Position numbers and translations under genes: made by a program
The notes under the pieces: generated by a model
The model's database searches: none
The model's input: only the letters and a program-made list of their open reading frames with translations
Told to the model about the DNA's origin: nothing
NCBI GenBank assembly: GCA_039177115.1
Contig: JBCDFZ010000015.1
Span: forward strand, 10,193-74,192
DNA length: 64,000 nucleotides
Reading direction: 5' to 3'
Source: Myxococcota bacterium
GTDB taxonomy: Bacteria > Myxococcota_A > Polyangia > Polyangiales > Houyiibacteriaceae
Shown here: piece after piece, positions 31,369-40,920 of the stretch
Position numbering within the stretch: the stretch's first letter is position 1
Layout: each line of letters opens with the position of its first letter

Positions 31369-31947
31369 ATGAGCGCCACCAGACCCATTGCAACCACGAG
31401 AAGCGCGACGGGAATCCCGACGGGTAAGCTCGCCGTCTGGTGGGTCGTCGGATCCGAGATCGTGATTTTCGGCGGCCTGCTCATGGCGTACCTCATGCAC
31501 CGTCTCGGGCACCCCGAGTGGGCCGACTACGCCTCGCACACCAACCCGTGGTTTGGCGGCGTCAACACCTTCGTGCTTCTCACCTCATCGCTGTCCGCCG
31601 TGCTGGCTCACCACGCCGCCGAGAAGGGTGACGGGAAGCGGGCGGCACGCTTTCTCTACTTCACGTGCCTCGGCGGTTTGATCTTCATCGGGATCAAGTC
31701 GGTCGAGTGGTACATCGAGATCAGCCACGGCTACACCATCACGGCCAACGGCTTCTGGCAGTTCTATTACACCGCCGCCGGCCTCCACGCGCTCCACGTC
31801 ATCGGCGGCTGCATCATCATGCTCATCATCGCCGCGGACGCGAAGAAGCAGCTCGAGCTGCACCGGGTGGAGCTCATCGGCATTTACTGGCACTTCGTCG
31901 ACATCGTGTGGATTTTCCTCTTTCCCCTGCTCTACATCGCGAAGTGA
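31369..31947 (+). CDS. ctaE: cytochrome c oxidase subunit III family protein
   Basis: 192-aa, 5-TM protein. FYYTAAGLHALHVIGG and YWHFVDIVWIFLFPLLY are subunit III signatures. Confidence 0.85.
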   Translation: MSATRPIATTRSATGIPTGKLAVWWVVGSEIVIFGGLLMAYLMHRLGHPEWADYASHTNPWFGGVNTFVLLTSSLSAVLAHHAAEKGDGKRAARFLYFTCLGGLIFIGIKSVEWYIEISHGYTITANGFWQFYYTAAGLHALHVIGGCIIMLIIAADAKKQLELHRVELIGIYWHFVDIVWIFLFPLLYIAK

Positions 31948-31962
31948 GGCACGCGTCCAACC

Positions 31963-32424
31963 ATGGCTGAACACGAACAACACACAGGGCACGACGAGAA
32001 GTACTACGTCCGCATTTGGGGCATCCTTCTTGCGCTCCTCGCGGTGAGCATCATCGGCCCGATCCTCGCCCCGCATGTCGAGGACGGCTTTGCTGGTATC
32101 GGCATCCCTCACGTGAAGGGCTGGATGGTCACCCTCATCACGGCTTTCGGTATCGCCATCGTCAAGGCCTACATGGTGGCTGCCAACTTCATGCATCTCA
32201 ACATCGAGAAGAAGTACATCAGCTACCTGCTCATCACGATGATCATGCTGATGCTCTTGTTTTTTGCGGGTGTGTCCCCAGATGTCATGAGACACGAAGG
32301 CACGAATTGGACGAACGTAGCCGCCGAAGAAGAAATCGATCGGGCGCTCAAGGCTCAGGAAGCGGCAGCTGCGGAAGGCCACGGCGGTGACCACGAGGCC
32401 CACGGCGGCGAAGACGACCACTAG
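31963..32424 (+). CDS. prokaryotic cytochrome c oxidase subunit IV-like membrane protein
   Basis: 153-aa protein with YVRIWGILLALLAVSIIGP and further TM helices. Its position after subunit III fits. The C-terminal tail is acidic and His-rich. Confidence 0.6.
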   Translation: MAEHEQHTGHDEKYYVRIWGILLALLAVSIIGPILAPHVEDGFAGIGIPHVKGWMVTLITAFGIAIVKAYMVAANFMHLNIEKKYISYLLITMIMLMLLFFAGVSPDVMRHEGTNWTNVAAEEEIDRALKAQEAAAAEGHGGDHEAHGGEDDH

Positions 32425-32464
32425 CGCCTGCGACTGACATTCACCCGGAAAGGAGGAGCACCAC

Positions 32465-33055
32465 ATGGCCGACGACGCACTAGGACGACCCTATCGGGTA
32501 CCGGCCAGGCGCGAGCCGCTCCTCCCGAACGGCGTCATGGGCATGCTCATCTTCGTTGCGACGGAGGTGATGTTCTTTTCGGGGCTCATCAGTGCATTCA
32601 TCATCGGCAAGAGCAACGCCATCGGCGGGTGGCCTCCGCCGGGGCAGCCGCGTCTCCCCATCGAGGAGACCGGCTTCAACACCGTGGCGCTACTCGCCAG
32701 CGGAGTCTGTCTGTTCTTCGCGAACCGCGCGTTCAAGAAGCGCGACCCGCGCGTGAAAGGGCTTCTGCTGGCCTCGATCCTCCTCGGCGGTTTCTTCGTC
32801 GTGTTTCAAGGCGCCGAGTGGGTGGCGCTCATTCGCGAGGGGCTCACGCTCACGTCGGGGCAGCTCGGCGGATTCTTCTACCTCATCGTCGGCACGCATG
32901 CGCTCCACGTGGTCGCAGGGTTCGCCATCCTTCTCTACACCTACCGACAGCTCGTTCACGGCGAGCTCAGCCGGTACACGTTTTGGCCGGCACAAATCTT
33001 CTGGTACTTCGTTGTCGGCGTGTGGCCACTCCTCTACTGGCTGGTGTACCTGTGA
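32465..33055 (+). CDS. second heme-copper oxidase subunit III-like protein
   Basis: 196-aa ORF. MLIFVATEVMFFSGLISAF and FYLIVGTHALHVVAGF resemble subunit III. Confidence 0.75.
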   Translation: MADDALGRPYRVPARREPLLPNGVMGMLIFVATEVMFFSGLISAFIIGKSNAIGGWPPPGQPRLPIEETGFNTVALLASGVCLFFANRAFKKRDPRVKGLLLASILLGGFFVVFQGAEWVALIREGLTLTSGQLGGFFYLIVGTHALHVVAGFAILLYTYRQLVHGELSRYTFWPAQIFWYFVVGVWPLLYWLVYL

Positions 33056-33318
33056 TGCGAACGGCCTACGGCTTCCTCGCGCTCGCGGTTGGCTCGATGG
33101 CGAGCTTCGCCCACGCGTGCCCGTCCTGCTCGTCACCGCTTGAGGAGAACCGGCAGGCGTTCGTCGACACGACGATTTTTCTCACGCTCGTTCCACTCGG
33201 GATGATTGGCGGGTTCATTTGGTGGCTTCGCCGGAAGGCGCGTTCGCTCGAGCAGCCTGAAATCGCGGTGCCGGAGAACCTTCTTCGCGACCTCGGGCCG
33301 TTCTCGAAGAAGCCGTAG
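33055..33318 (+). CDS. 87-aa signal-peptide/TM protein with a CPSC motif
   Basis: ATG 33055 overlaps the upstream TGA by 1 nt and is the in-frame tail of track ORF 32629..33318. The sequence is MRTAYGFLALAVGSMASFAHA-CPSCSS..., then one TM helix (TIFLTLVPLGMIGGFIWWL) and a basic tail. Confidence 0.45.
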   Translation: MRTAYGFLALAVGSMASFAHACPSCSSPLEENRQAFVDTTIFLTLVPLGMIGGFIWWLRRKARSLEQPEIAVPENLLRDLGPFSKKP

Positions 33319-33321
33319 CCG

Positions 33322-34374
33322 TCAGGCGCGCGGTAGGCTCTCCCACGAGGGCTGACGCTCATCGTACAGCCCGCCGCGGTGGCGCTCTCGGTGGGTGACC
33401 CACACCGACACCCGCCTGGCGACGACGGCAAGAACGATGCCCGCCACCACATCGATGAACCAGTGCCAGCGTAGGAACATCGTGGCGAACACGATGTTGA
33501 CCGCAATGAACGCGAGCACTGGCCATGCCCAGCGAAACGCTTTGTCTGACCGATACGCGAAGGCGTAGTTCGCGAAGTAGACGGGGAACGCGGTGTGGAG
33601 CGAGGGAAAGATGTCGAGCTTCGCGCCTGCTGTCGCCACGGTGATCTGCACCTGCCGCCACCAGTAGCCTCCGTGGAGCGGCTCCTCGAAGTGAAGCGTG
33701 GAAAACGGACCCATGCCCGGGATGGCGGTGTAGAGGACATGCCCCGCGGCGACGATGACCAGGGCGCCCACCATGAGCTCCTGAAGCCGCCTGCCGCGCT
33801 GCAGGAAGAGCGAGGGCACGAGCATCACGATGAGAACGGCGAAGTGGCTGTAGTAGAAGAACGAGAGCCATTCGACCAGGCCTGGGTGGTTCCAGGCGGT
33901 AAACCAGGCCGCCGGCGTGGTCCCGAGGAGCGCCCTGTCGACGGCGTAGAGCTGGTAGTCCATCAGCTCTAGCTGGAGCGCGGGCAGGAGGAATCGCATC
34001 TCGAAGTACGAGAGCGCCATGGGGACGAAAAGCCCGAGGCGATAGGTCAGCACCCGTGCCCGCTGGGGCTGGATCAGCTCGCCGCGTGTCAGAAGGAGGG
34101 CGAAGACCGTCGCCATCAGAAGCGTGAACGAGGCGCTCCGTGCAAGCGCTGCGTCCGGAGAGTCGGGTGCGAGTAGAACGCGCGTGAAGAGGTAGCCGTG
34201 AAAGGCGAGGGCGATCACGTCCTGGGTCGCCAGGTTGTGCGCGGCGACCGAGGCGACCCCCTTAGCCCGTTCGGCAACGCTTCGTGTGAGCTCCAGCATG
34301 ACGGCAGCCCGAGTTCGCTCGCAGTGTGTCGAGCGGGGCCAATCCACGCAACCGGTCGGCGAGTGGTTCGCCAA
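33322..34374 (-). CDS. PAP2-superfamily polytopic membrane protein
   Basis: FPSLHTAFPVYF and RWHWFIDVVAGIV resemble PAP2 (acid phosphatase / phosphotransferase) motifs. The start may be ATG 34299. Confidence 0.6.
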   Translation of the reverse strand: MANHSPTGCVDWPRSTHCERTRAAVMLELTRSVAERAKGVASVAAHNLATQDVIALAFHGYLFTRVLLAPDSPDAALARSASFTLLMATVFALLLTRGELIQPQRARVLTYRLGLFVPMALSYFEMRFLLPALQLELMDYQLYAVDRALLGTTPAAWFTAWNHPGLVEWLSFFYYSHFAVLIVMLVPSLFLQRGRRLQELMVGALVIVAAGHVLYTAIPGMGPFSTLHFEEPLHGGYWWRQVQITVATAGAKLDIFPSLHTAFPVYFANYAFAYRSDKAFRWAWPVLAFIAVNIVFATMFLRWHWFIDVVAGIVLAVVARRVSVWVTHRERHRGGLYDERQPSWESLPRA

Positions 34375-34442
34375 GGCCGGAAAAATTCAATCGCTCATTC
34401 TGGTGGAGACGCGAGGAAGAAGGTGGGTTACACCTCGCGGAG

Positions 34443-35102
34443 ATGGACGGGAAGCCCTCAGAGCCAGTGCGGCGTAGCTCGATTCGCGAGGACGCGATCA
34501 ACCTGCCGAACCTCCTCACGATGCTTCGGATCGCGCTCATCCCGGTCGTGCTCTGGCTTCTGGCCGACGGCACGCCGCGCTCGAACTTCTGGGCCGCGAT
34601 GGTCTACATCGGCACGGCGCTGACCGACGTCATCGACGGGTACCTCGCGCGGCGATGGGGGCAGATCAGCGTCCTCGGGAAGTTCCTCGATCCGCTGGCC
34701 GACAAGCTCCTCGTGATGGCGACGCTGGTTTTCCTCGCGTATCTCGGACGGCTCCCGTTTCTCGGAGTGGTGGCCGTCATCATCATGGTTGGGCGGGAGC
34801 TCGCGATTACCGCGCTTCGGACCATCGCGATGAGCGAGGGGGTGGTCATGGCGGCCGTGCGCGCTGGCAAGGACAAAACCGCCCTGCAGATGACGGCGAT
34901 TCTCATGCTGATCGTCCACCAGCGGTACCTGGTCGATTTCGGCTTCTACCAAACCGAGTTCAGCTTTGTGGGGGCCGGGTTGGTACTGCTCTACCTGAGC
35001 CTGTTCCTCGCGTTGTGGAGCGGCGGGGAGTACTTCAAGTTGTTCGTCGATGCGGTCGACGCCAAAGACGAACGGCTGGCACGGGCAGCGCAGCAGGGAT
35101 GA
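34443..35102 (+). CDS. pgsA: CDP-diacylglycerol--glycerol-3-phosphate 3-phosphatidyltransferase
   Basis: ATG 34443 lies inside track ORF 34326..35102. The CDP-alcohol phosphatidyltransferase motif DVIDGYLARRWGQISVLGKFLDPLADK is present. Confidence 0.85.
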   Translation: MDGKPSEPVRRSSIREDAINLPNLLTMLRIALIPVVLWLLADGTPRSNFWAAMVYIGTALTDVIDGYLARRWGQISVLGKFLDPLADKLLVMATLVFLAYLGRLPFLGVVAVIIMVGRELAITALRTIAMSEGVVMAAVRAGKDKTALQMTAILMLIVHQRYLVDFGFYQTEFSFVGAGLVLLYLSLFLALWSGGEYFKLFVDAVDAKDERLARAAQQG

Positions 35103-35878
35103 CGGTTTCTACAGTTGAGACGGAGCTGCCGCGGCACTTCCTGGGCCGCGTGCATCGAGGCCGGAATCTACGCGAGGCGCTCGCAGAGCTTGCGCGGGAG
35201 CACCGCCTGACGACCGCGTGGATTACGGCGATCGGTGCCTTCGAGTGGGTCACGCTCACCGACTACAGTCAAAAGAAGCGCGCCTACGAACCGGAGCACC
35301 GTGTGCGCGCCTGCGAAGTGCTCTCGATGCAGGGCACCCTCTCCATGCGGGACGGAGAGCCGTTCTGGCAACTCCATGCCACGGTGAGCGTGGGCGCCCC
35401 CACGCGTCGCGTGCACGCCGGGCACGTCGTCGACGCATCGGTGTTCGCGCTCGAGTTTCGTGTCGCGGCGTTTGATGACCTTGCACTGTCGCGCACCGTG
35501 GATGACGCGACCGGCCTTGAGCTTTGGGACTTGGAGTCGAGCAGCGCGGGCACCGCGGCCACTTTCGATGAGCCTGCGCCGGACCCCGGGCCTGCTCCCG
35601 GGGCGTCGGCCGACGGCGCCGTCACCTGGGCGATGGCGGCGCAGGCGTCGGTCGAGGCGACGAAGCCCACGCCCGTCGCCCATCGGCCCGTGAAGGGCGA
35701 ATGGATCGACCACCCGAAGTTCGGCGTGTGCAAGGTCGAGGGCATGTCCGGGGAAGGGGTCGCCATCGTCAAGCTCCCCGATGCACGCCGCAAGAAGATC
35801 CAGCTCGGCATCTTCGACGTCTTCGAACCGCGCGACGACGGATCGCGCAAGATCTACCCGGTCCGGAAGAAGCAGTAG
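35099..35878 (+). CDS. PPC/DUF296-like domain protein with an unrelated C-terminal extension
   Basis: ATG 35099 forms an ATGA overlap with the pgsA stop. AWITAIGAFEWVTL...EVLSMQGTLS...WQLHATVS...AGHVVDASVFALEF fits the DUF296/PPC pattern. The protein continues through a Pro/Ala linker to a small KGEWIDHPKFGVCKVEG domain. Confidence 0.55.
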   Translation: MTVSTVETELPRHFLGRVHRGRNLREALAELAREHRLTTAWITAIGAFEWVTLTDYSQKKRAYEPEHRVRACEVLSMQGTLSMRDGEPFWQLHATVSVGAPTRRVHAGHVVDASVFALEFRVAAFDDLALSRTVDDATGLELWDLESSSAGTAATFDEPAPDPGPAPGASADGAVTWAMAAQASVEATKPTPVAHRPVKGEWIDHPKFGVCKVEGMSGEGVAIVKLPDARRKKIQLGIFDVFEPRDDGSRKIYPVRKKQ

Positions 35879-35883
35879 CCCGC

Positions 35884-36885
35884 TCAGTCTTCGAGCCGGA
35901 TGCGCGGGTCGAGCGCGGCCACGGCCACGTCGGCCAGCAGGTTCCCCACTTGAACGGCGATTCCGAACATCAGGACCACCGCCATGATGACCGGCGCGTC
36001 GAGGGATTGGATCGCTTCGATGGTGAGCAGCCCCAAGCCGGGCCAGGCGAAGATTTTTTCCGTGATGATGGCGCCGCCGACGAGCAGCGGGAGGCTCAGG
36101 CCAACGAGCGTGACCACGGGAAGAAGCGCATTCCGGATGCCGTGCCTCAAAACGACGCGCGCGGGAGGCACACCCTTGGCTCGCGCCGTCCGGACGTGGT
36201 CGTGACGCATCGTTTCGACGAGCTCACCCCGCATCACGCGCGCGTACGTGGCGGCTCCGGCGATGGCGAGGATGAAGGCCGGCAGGATGCCGTGGTAGAC
36301 GTGGTCGAGTGGGTCGACCCCGTATCCGCCGAAGGGAAACCAGCCGAGGAGGAACGACAGCACCAAAAGCGCAATGGGTCCGGTGACGTACGTCGGAAGA
36401 CTGATCCCGAGGAAAGTCGCGAACATGATGGTCGTGTCGGACCAGCGGTTTCGACGAAGTGCGGCGAGGATCCCCGCGGTGAGGCCAATCAAGAGCTCGA
36501 AGAAGATGGCCATCGATGCGAGCAGCATCGTGCGTGGCATACGATAGCGAATGACGTTCGCGACAGACTCGTGGTGCGAGTACGACTCTCCGAGGTCCCC
36601 CTGGAGGATGCCGCAGTACCCCCGACTCCCGTCTTCGTTTTCATACCTCGGCGAGTCTTTGCGGACGCACGGGACGGCCCCGAGGTAGCTGAGGAACTGA
36701 GACGGGATCGGCTGGTCCAAGCCTTTCTTCGCTTTGAAGTCTGCGATTTGCTCTGCGCGCGCCTGGGGGCCGAGAATGGTTGCCGCCGGGTCACCTGCGA
36801 CGAAAATCAGAAAGAAGACCAGCGTGAGCACGGACAGCAAAACCACGAGGCCCCAGAACCCCCGCTTGATGAGGAACCTTGCCAT
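35884..36885 (-). CDS. ABC transporter permease (DppB/OppB-like)
   Basis: Start ATG 36885 (MARFLIKRGFWGLVVLL) overlaps the SBP stop TAA by 1 nt. The EAA-loop region is RTARAKGVPPARVVLRHGIRNALLPVVT. Confidence 0.85.
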   Translation of the reverse strand: MARFLIKRGFWGLVVLLSVLTLVFFLIFVAGDPAATILGPQARAEQIADFKAKKGLDQPIPSQFLSYLGAVPCVRKDSPRYENEDGSRGYCGILQGDLGESYSHHESVANVIRYRMPRTMLLASMAIFFELLIGLTAGILAALRRNRWSDTTIMFATFLGISLPTYVTGPIALLVLSFLLGWFPFGGYGVDPLDHVYHGILPAFILAIAGAATYARVMRGELVETMRHDHVRTARAKGVPPARVVLRHGIRNALLPVVTLVGLSLPLLVGGAIITEKIFAWPGLGLLTIEAIQSLDAPVIMAVVLMFGIAVQVGNLLADVAVAALDPRIRLED

Positions 36886-38648
36886 TACGGTGTGGCCTCC
36901 TCGGCGTAGCGATCTTGGCTCACCCGGCGTCGAGGGAGGTCGAGCCACACGTTTCGGTATTCGTTGAGCCAGACGGGGTGCGGCCGGAAGTTCTTGACGT
37001 AGGGCTGCCAGACGAACAGTTCGACGGGGTAGAAGAGGAAGACCCACGGAGCGTCCGTGGCCAAGATCGCGTTGGCCTCTGCGTACAGCTCCAGCCTCTT
37101 CGCGCGGTCGATCTCCGCGCGCCCGCGGTCGAGGATCTTATCGAGCTTCGGGTTCCGATAGAACGCACGGTTCTCTGAGTTCTCGGGATGAATCGAGCGG
37201 CTGTGAAAGAGGATGTCCATGAAGTTCGATGCGTCCGGGAAGTCTTGGTGCCAGCCGCTGAAGGCCATCGGGACGACCCGGGGCCTGCCCGCCTCCTTCA
37301 GGTAGGTCGCAAACGTGACGGTCTTGAGCTCGAGGTCGATTCCAATTGCCTTGAGGTCCTGTTGAAAGAGCTGTCCGTACAGGGCCTCGCCGTCGGTGCG
37401 AACCCACATCTCGATGGGCTCGGGCAGCCCGTTTGGATATCCTGCGAGACGCATCTCTTCCTTCGCGTCTTCGAGGTCGTAGCGCTGACCCTGGGGCAGC
37501 TCCGGGTCGTAGGGTGGAAGCGTCGGGGGCAGGATCTGCGTGGCAGGGATCACACTTCCCGGGTCCAGTCGCTCGATCTTCGAGCGATCGACTGCGTAGG
37601 CGATCGCGCGGCGGACATGCACGTTGTCGAGCGGAGGAAGCTCGCAGTTCAACGTCAGTGCGAACAAGCCCGCCGACGGCACTTCGGTGACGAACGGCGC
37701 CCACGCTTCGGACTCGCGGAAGAACAGGCGGTTCACTTTGCTCGGTCGGTACAGGATGTCGAGGCCGCCGTTGCGAAACCGCGCGCTTGCCACGTCCGGG
37801 GAGATGTTCTCGAGGAAGACCATGTGCGCGACCCGTGGGCGCGGGTTCCAGTAGTCGTCGAAGCGGTCGAACTCCACCTGAACGCCGCGCTCCCAGCGCT
37901 TCAGGGCAAACGGTCCGGTGCCGACCGGGTGCCTTCCGACCGCCGTGACTCCCTCGGCCGCTTCCCAAGCCTCGACGTGCTCGCGGGGCAACGGAGACGC
38001 GAACGGCATGGCAAGCGCATTGAGGAACGTCTGATCGGGTTCGGTGAGCCGGAACTCGATGGTGTAGTCGTCGATGACGACGATTCCTTCGACTCGGTCG
38101 ACCTGGCCGTTGTGGTAGGCCTGCGCGCCGACGATGGACTTGTAGAACGGGTAGCCTGGCGAACCGAGACGCTCGCTCAAGAGGCGATGCATCGTCCAAG
38201 AGACGTCCTCGGCAACCAACTCACGTCCGTTGTGGAACTTCACGCCTTTGCGAAGCTCGAATCGAAACACTCGCCCTTCGTCGGAAATCTCGGGCAAATC
38301 CTTCGCGAGGCTGGGGATGAAGTTCCCGTCGTAGTCGTAGTCGAGAAGGGCGTCGTAGAGCAGCCGGCAAGCCGCCGTAGAGAGGGTGTCGTACGCAAAC
38401 GCCGGGTCCATCGTATGGATGTTGCTGCTTTCAGCAAAGATGAAGGTGCCCCCAGGGTTCGGGGTTTCGCTGCCTGCGCCGACGAACCGAGGACCGATGG
38501 GAGGCCTCGGAAGATGCGTTGCCACCCACCCGGCGAGTAGGACGCCGAGCGCAAGCGCAGCCACGGCGGCAACCCAGCCCGGAACGCGGGGGCTAGTCTT
38601 TGGGGTCGAACGCATCGCGAAGTCCTTCCCCGAAGAGGTTGAAGCCAA
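36885..38648 (-). CDS. ABC transporter substrate-binding protein, family 5 (peptide/nickel type)
   Basis: 587-aa ORF with an N-terminal TM/signal segment and family-5 SBP-like sequence throughout. The start may be ATG 38615. Confidence 0.8.
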   Translation of the reverse strand: MASTSSGKDFAMRSTPKTSPRVPGWVAAVAALALGVLLAGWVATHLPRPPIGPRFVGAGSETPNPGGTFIFAESSNIHTMDPAFAYDTLSTAACRLLYDALLDYDYDGNFIPSLAKDLPEISDEGRVFRFELRKGVKFHNGRELVAEDVSWTMHRLLSERLGSPGYPFYKSIVGAQAYHNGQVDRVEGIVVIDDYTIEFRLTEPDQTFLNALAMPFASPLPREHVEAWEAAEGVTAVGRHPVGTGPFALKRWERGVQVEFDRFDDYWNPRPRVAHMVFLENISPDVASARFRNGGLDILYRPSKVNRLFFRESEAWAPFVTEVPSAGLFALTLNCELPPLDNVHVRRAIAYAVDRSKIERLDPGSVIPATQILPPTLPPYDPELPQGQRYDLEDAKEEMRLAGYPNGLPEPIEMWVRTDGEALYGQLFQQDLKAIGIDLELKTVTFATYLKEAGRPRVVPMAFSGWHQDFPDASNFMDILFHSRSIHPENSENRAFYRNPKLDKILDRGRAEIDRAKRLELYAEANAILATDAPWVFLFYPVELFVWQPYVKNFRPHPVWLNEYRNVWLDLPRRRVSQDRYAEEATP

Positions 38649-39444
38649 ACACCGCCATGCTGATGAGCACCGCGGGATAGAGGGTGAGCCGTGGCACGCC
38701 GAGCAGAAGCGACTGGCTGTTGCTGAGCATCGAGCCCCAGCTGGAAGTCGGCGGGCGGACGCCTAGGCCAAGGTACGAGAGTGCGCTCTCTGCGATGATC
38801 ATTCTCGCCACGAGTATGGTGGCAATCGCGACGATCGGACCGGCAACGTTCGGGAGGATGTGGCGAACGAGGACGCGAAAGTGCCGGAGCCCGAGTGCCC
38901 GAGCCGCCTGGACGTAGTCGAGCTCGCGCGCCTCCATGGTTTTGGCGCGCGTGATTCGGGCGAGCGTGGTCCAACTCAACACCCCGAGCACCACGCAGAT
39001 GGTCCAGATCCCCGGTTTGTCCCAGACCCGCTGCATCACGATGGCGAGCAGCAGAAACGGCATGGAGAGCACGATGTCGACGAAACGCATCAAGGCGGCA
39101 TCGACTCGACCGCCCACGTAGCCGGCAACGAGACCGAGGAGCACGCCAATCACGACCGCGATGGCTGTGGCAACGTAGGCCACGAGCATCGACACGCGCG
39201 CACCCGATAGGAGGCGGCTCAGCTCGTCTCGGCCGAGCAGGTCGCCTCCGAGTCGATGCCCGGGCGACACGTCTGGGCCTGCAGGGAGGCCGTTCGAGAG
39301 GAGAAGCGACGGAAACTGCTCCCCAGGGTCGTAGGGCGCCAGCCAGGGCCCCAGCACGCCGAGCAGGGTCACCGCGACCACCAGGACCAGCCCGGCGAGT
39401 GCCCCCTTGTTCCGCCGAAAGCGTCGAAACGCCCGAGAATCCAT
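38593..39444 (-). CDS. ABC transporter permease (DppC/OppC-like)
   Basis: 283-aa ORF. YVQAARALGLRHFRVLVRHILPNVAGPIV is the EAA-loop region. Confidence 0.85.
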   Translation of the reverse strand: MDSRAFRRFRRNKGALAGLVLVVAVTLLGVLGPWLAPYDPGEQFPSLLLSNGLPAGPDVSPGHRLGGDLLGRDELSRLLSGARVSMLVAYVATAIAVVIGVLLGLVAGYVGGRVDAALMRFVDIVLSMPFLLLAIVMQRVWDKPGIWTICVVLGVLSWTTLARITRAKTMEARELDYVQAARALGLRHFRVLVRHILPNVAGPIVAIATILVARMIIAESALSYLGLGVRPPTSSWGSMLSNSQSLLLGVPRLTLYPAVLISMAVFGFNLFGEGLRDAFDPKD

Positions 39445-39690
39445 GCGTTTGTGGGCGTAGTGGCTTCCTGGCGACTCGTCAATTTACCCAGTGTGGTGGG
39501 TTGAAGAGCGGGGCAGGGCGCCTCTCGTGGCACGGGAACCGACTCGCGCCGAGACCGTCATGGGGCCTCTGTCGCCCGATCACCTGGATCGGCGATTCGC
39601 TGCCGAGTCAGCGGTCTCATAGGGATCTTAAGCACCTAATAAGGATCTCCACTGATACCTCCGATGGATGAAAGCCTGTCGGTGAGAACC

Positions 39691-39784
39691 AATTTTCATC
39701 ATTAAATCAGCAATTTACTCGTCAATGCATTTTAGCGTTGACATGTTTATTTTGAATAGAATACATTCGCTATAAGTTATTCAA
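39691..39784 (+). promoter_or_regulatory. strongly AT-rich leader/promoter region upstream of the MerR-like gene
   Basis: 25 G/C in 94 nt (~27% GC) in a ~2/3 GC context. It contains TTGACA (39738-39743), TAGAAT (39757-39762), TATAAG (39771-39776, 8 nt before ATG 39785) and the inverted pair GTCAA(39721)...TTGAC(39738). Confidence 0.5.
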
Positions 39785-40342
39785 ATGACTCTACCCAGAG
39801 GACAACATAGAGCACATCGAGAACCGGAGCGGAGCTGGTCGGAGACCGAGCTCGACGAGCTGGAGCAGGCCCACGCGAACGGGATGAGCGTCCAGCAGAT
39901 CGTCGACGCGTTTACGGCGAGGGGCTCGCGGCTCACCGAGGCGACGTTCCGCAAGTACGTCCAGCTCGGGCTTCTCCCGCGGAGCGTGCGCGTCGGGCGC
40001 AAGGGTAAGCACCGAGGGTCCCAGGGGCTCTATCCGGCGACGGCGGTCCGGCAGATCGACCACATCCGTCGCCTGATGAATCAAGGCTTCACGATGGAGG
40101 AAATCCAAAAGGAGTTCCTCTTCGTTCGAGGCGACATCGACGCCCTGAGCCGGCAGCTCAATCGCGTCTATCAGGCGATCGACAACGCCGTTCAGGAGCA
40201 GCAGCGCGAGGGCGGGGACGACCCCGGCGTATCCGACGCGCTCCACGAAGTTCGCGAGCTCGGCAAGGAGCTCGTTCAAAAACTCGAGGTCATCGAGCGA
40301 CGCCTGACGATGCGCGCCCGCATGGCCCGAGCCGCCGTCTGA
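39785..40342 (+). CDS. MerR-like HTH protein with C-terminal coiled-coil-like region
   Basis: 185-aa [13 protein letters not shown]...[13 protein letters not shown]...[31 protein letters not shown] follows the MerR N-terminal HTH/wing pattern, with an inserted basic loop. Confidence 0.6.
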   Translation: MTLPRGQHRAHREPERSWSETELDELEQAHANGMSVQQIVDAFTARGSRLTEATFRKYVQLGLLPRSVRVGRKGKHRGSQGLYPATAVRQIDHIRRLMNQGFTMEEIQKEFLFVRGDIDALSRQLNRVYQAIDNAVQEQQREGGDDPGVSDALHEVRELGKELVQKLEVIERRLTMRARMARAAV

Positions 40343-40364
40343 CGAGTTGGAGGGGGAAAGACCA

Positions 40365-40892
40365 ATGCAGGACGCAGCAAGTGTGAAGAAGGATGCCGAG
40401 GCAACGGGAGAAGAAGAAGAGCGCGAATCGCTGGCCGACGCGCTCGCGGATCCCGATCAGGAAGAGCGACGGGGCCGTCGGAAGCGCAGATCGAGGGCTC
40501 GCGCAAGGACCATCTCGATACGTCGCCTGAGCAAGGCCGAGCTCAATCGCGGTCGCGAGCTGTATCCCGAGACCGACTATTGGAAGCCCAAGAGCCGCTC
40601 CGAGTGCAAGGACATGGAACGGCCGTGCCCGTTCGTCTCCTGCAAGTACCACCTCTACATCGACGTTCATCCCGTGCGAGGGTCCATCAAGCTCAACTTC
40701 CCGGACCTCGAGATCTGGGAGATGACCGAGACCTGCGCGCTCGACGTGGCCGACCGCGGAGGCATCACCCTCGAGGAGGTCGGCGAGATCATGAACCTCA
40801 CTCGAGAGCGCGTGCGGCAGGTGGAAACCGCCGGGCTTGCGCGTCTTCAAGACTTCCAGGGAGTCGACCGCCTCAAAGATTACGTGACCTAG
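40365..40892 (+). CDS. sigma-70 region-4-like HTH protein lacking region 2
   Basis: ATG 40365 lies 8 nt after GGAGGGGG; the track ORF starts at TTG 40347. The N-terminus is highly charged. It has a Cys cluster ([18 protein letters not shown]...ETC) and then [31 protein letters not shown], a typical region 4.2 HTH. Confidence 0.6.
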   Translation: MQDAASVKKDAEATGEEEERESLADALADPDQEERRGRRKRRSRARARTISIRRLSKAELNRGRELYPETDYWKPKSRSECKDMERPCPFVSCKYHLYIDVHPVRGSIKLNFPDLEIWEMTETCALDVADRGGITLEEVGEIMNLTRERVRQVETAGLARLQDFQGVDRLKDYVT

Positions 40893-40920
40893 TCGCCACT
40901 CCAAGGGCCATCAGGGGGGA

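Noticed and set aside
39738-39776. Attempt to assign a single definitive -35/-10 pair in the AT-rich leader
   Set aside because: TTGACA/TAGAAT and TTGAAT/TATAAG are both only 13 nt apart. TTGACA-18 nt-TACATT is mediocre. The promoter cannot be fixed without TSS data, so I report only the region.
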